From Thermococcus kodakarensis KOD1 (GTDB lineage: Archaea; Methanobacteriota_B; Thermococci; Thermococcales; Thermococcaceae): 32,000 nucleotides of DNA. Positions 30,008 through 32,000 of the stretch are shown in pieces. The position numbers and the translations under genes are program-made. Numbering within the stretch: position 1 is the first letter of the stretch; every line of letters begins with the position of its first letter. Location of the stretch: NCBI RefSeq assembly GCF_000009965.1, contig NC_006624.1, positions 1,860,001-1,892,000 on the forward strand, in the 5' to 3' direction. Under the pieces are notes generated by a model. It did no database searches. It was not told the DNA's origin and saw nothing but the letters and a program-made list of their open reading frames with translations.

Positions 30008-32000
30008 ATGGCGTGGAACGACTGGATAGCGAAACATCCCAAGATTGTGCTGGCGGCGTGGATAGTCATCATAGTCCTCATGGCGCCGCTCGCAGGAAAA
30101 CTGAGTGAGCTTACCGATTACAGTACGGAGCAGATGGTCTCCCACGAAATCGAGTCAATCAAAGTTCAGGATTTAATGGCCCAGGAGTTCACGGGAGCAC
30201 AGAACGACAACCTCACGTACCTTCTCATCACGAACATCAACGTGAACGATGAAAACGCGAGGAAGGCCTACTATTCTTTCAAAGACCGGGTTGAGGGCAA
30301 GTACGCCTCCAACGTTACATCCTACTACGATGCCCTGGATATGCTCTGGGAAATGGACTACGAGCTCACGCTCAACGTAACAAGGATGACCGCCAACATA
30401 ACGGGGCTTCTCTACACGAGCGTCAAAGGCGCCCACGATGGCTATGGTATGGCCCTCAACCAGGTTCTTCTCCTCAAGAACACAACTGATATGGTAAAAA
30501 CCAGCCTCGTCGGAACAGCCCGGGGATACGTTGCCCTTAAGAACAACCTTACGTCCCTTTACACCCAGCTCAACGCGACTGCAGGACTGCTTCAGATGGC
30601 CGACGGCATCTACGTCCAGCTCTGCGCCCAGAACCCGAACATGACAGCCCAGGAGAGGGCACAGGCACTCCAGAACGAACTGATGGTCAAGGTTCCCGAG
30701 AGTCAGCAGGCTATTGTTCCTGCGGTCGTGCAGGCGGTTGTCTCCGCCGACCCCTACTGCACGGGAACGCTCCTCTCCGACGAGGGGCTGCTTGAAAACA
30801 CGACGGTTGAACTCGTGTACGGCATGATAACGAATGCTGGAGCTCCCCTTCCATTCGAGATTCCAAAGGAAGTTCTCTTCCAGCTCTACGAGAGCGGTGG
30901 TAGCGAGACCGTAATCGACACCATGGCAGGGAACATGCTCAGGGCCCAAATAGCCGAGCAGATGGGGGGCCTCGCTCCAAACCCGGAGGCCCTTGCAGAG
31001 GTCATCTTGAGCGAGGTCGTCAAAGACCCCTATGGAATAATAAGCGGCGAAAAACTCGAAGATGCAACTGTCAGTGTGGTTCTTGCCCTATCCCCGCAGA
31101 AGACTGAGGACACCGAGAAGCTGGTCAGAGCTCTCTACAACGGCGCGGACCCGAAAGAGCTCGCTAGAGAGCTGTTCTTGAAGGGAATGCAGGAACAGAT
31201 GGCAGGCCAGGAAATTCCTGAAGAGTTCGCGGGGGTTATGAACAACCTCATCGAGCAGGTCATCCAGAACTACCCGATGAGCGAGGAAGAGCTCGAAAAA
31301 CTTGTGAAGGACGCCGTTAAGTCCATGGTATCAGAATACGCAAAGAACAACCCCTACGGTGTGGAGTTCAACTTTGACCAGGACCTTCTCGTGGACATCG
31401 CCTTCAAGTTCAAGGACAACCCCCAGGCAATATCGAAAGATGATGTCAAGCCCCTCGCAGAACAGCTCTGGCCAATCGTCAAGGAAAAGGCTGGAACCTA
31501 CCTGAGCATGCTCAAAAGCGACGACAACACTACGCTCCTGATAACCTTCATACCGTTTGGAAGGCCAGGTCCGAGCGGCGATGAATTCAGGTATCTCGCC
31601 CAGAACGCGACGGAAGTCAAGAAGGTGGCCCTCGAGGAGTTCGGAAAGTACTTCCCTGAGGTCAAAGGCGCCCTCGGTGGCACCCCCGTCCAGATGCACG
31701 AGATGACGAAGTACGGCCAGGAAGACAACCAGAAGACGAGCCAGGCGAGCATCATAGGCGCTCTCATCGTGCTCTTCATCCTGATGGGCGGCGCCCTCCT
31801 GGCGACGTTCCTTCCGTTCACGGGTGTTGCAACGTCTGCACTCACGGCCCTCGGAATAGCGTACCTCCTGGCCAAGGGCGGGATACTCAACGTCGGAAGC
31901 TGGGCACAGATGCTGACGATCACCACAGCCCTCGGTCTTGGAATTGACTACTCGACTTACTACGTCCACCGCTTCAAGGAGTACATTGCTGAGGGCTACG
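30008..32000 (+). CDS. MMPL/RND-superfamily exporter, 3'-truncated by the window edge
   Basis: I translated this frame by hand from ATG 30008 (GGGGTGGTGG upstream) to the window end and found no stop codon. It has an N-terminal TM helix (IVLAAWIVIIVLMAPL), a long soluble region, then TM helices ending in the MMPL-type motif LGLGIDYSTYYVHRFKE. It is absent from the ORF track because it has no stop in the window. Confidence 0.8.
   Translation, partial: MAWNDWIAKHPKIVLAAWIVIIVLMAPLAGKLSELTDYSTEQMVSHEIESIKVQDLMAQEFTGAQNDNLTYLLITNINVNDENARKAYYSFKDRVEGKYASNVTSYYDALDMLWEMDYELTLNVTRMTANITGLLYTSVKGAHDGYGMALNQVLLLKNTTDMVKTSLVGTARGYVALKNNLTSLYTQLNATAGLLQMADGIYVQLCAQNPNMTAQERAQALQNELMVKVPESQQAIVPAVVQAVVSADPYCTGTLLSDEGLLENTTVELVYGMITNAGAPLPFEIPKEVLFQLYESGGSETVIDTMAGNMLRAQIAEQMGGLAPNPEALAEVILSEVVKDPYGIISGEKLEDATVSVVLALSPQKTEDTEKLVRALYNGADPKELARELFLKGMQEQMAGQEIPEEFAGVMNNLIEQVIQNYPMSEEELEKLVKDAVKSMVSEYAKNNPYGVEFNFDQDLLVDIAFKFKDNPQAISKDDVKPLAEQLWPIVKEKAGTYLSMLKSDDNTTLLITFIPFGRPGPSGDEFRYLAQNATEVKKVALEEFGKYFPEVKGALGGTPVQMHEMTKYGQEDNQKTSQASIIGALIVLFILMGGALLATFLPFTGVATSALTALGIAYLLAKGGILNVGSWAQMLTITTALGLGIDYSTYYVHRFKEYIAEGY

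Noticed and set aside
30173-30949. 258-aa minus-strand ORF, together with 31331-31969 (212 aa) and 31498-31926 (142 aa)
   Set aside because: These are antisense to an uninterrupted plus-strand frame from 30008 to the window end that has clear MMPL features. The minus-strand products have no motifs and a skewed composition (rich in V, G, R, E, L) typical of shadow ORFs on the opposite strand of GC3-biased genes.
1-32000. CRISPR arrays, tRNA/rRNA genes, IS elements, integrases
   Set aside because: I saw no regularly spaced direct repeats. No non-coding gap is large enough or has suitable structure for tRNA or rRNA genes. No transposase- or integrase-like ORF is present. The window looks like core chromosome.

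Overview
This is a densely coded chromosomal segment that looks like Thermococcus (Thermococcales). The gene order matches what I recall for the T. kodakarensis hyh-fdh-mbh neighbourhood, but I cannot verify that without a database search.

Gene content, left to right:
- 178-4250 (-): four-gene cytosolic NAD(P)-linked [NiFe] sulfhydrogenase operon, hydBGDA.
- About 4251-4635: a 385-bp AT-rich divergent control region.
- 4636-11226 (+): seven genes in two transcription units. They encode a ferredoxin-like protein, a GltD-like flavoprotein lacking its Fe-S domain, a HycB-like polyferredoxin, a Cys-type formate dehydrogenase FdhA, a second HycB-like protein, a second ferredoxin-like protein, and a FocA-type formate channel.
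- 11419-19628 (+): the complete 14-gene membrane-bound hydrogenase operon mbhA-N.
- 19629-32000: a THUMP gene followed by three tandem ferritin-like paralogs, an ExeA-like AAA+ ATPase paired with a DUF457 membrane hydrolase, thioredoxin reductase, a class-III aminotransferase, an ECF-S-like membrane protein, deoC with a coupled small ORF, enolase, and a PadR regulator divergent from a 3'-truncated MMPL/RND exporter.

No rRNA, tRNA, CRISPR array or mobile element was found.

Recognisable regulatory signals:
- A perfect extended SurR motif (GTTn3AACn5GTT) upstream of mbhA.
- A SurR core upstream of fdhA.
- A Thermococcales glycolytic motif (TGM) on the enolase start region.
- Near-identical BRE/TATA boxes on the hydrogenase and formate operons.

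Nothing here is a clear-cut new system. The items most worth follow-up are:
- The uncharacterised FDH / GltD-like / polyferredoxin module placed between two hydrogenases.
- Palindromes built on the ATGAACA half-site, which no known regulator explains.
- An SD-equipped 11-codon upstream ORF overlapping the mbhA start.
- The ferritin-like trio.
- The ExeA-like / DUF457 gene pair.

Several ORF-track starts appear to be over-extended into promoters. I give corrected starts where the sequence supports them.
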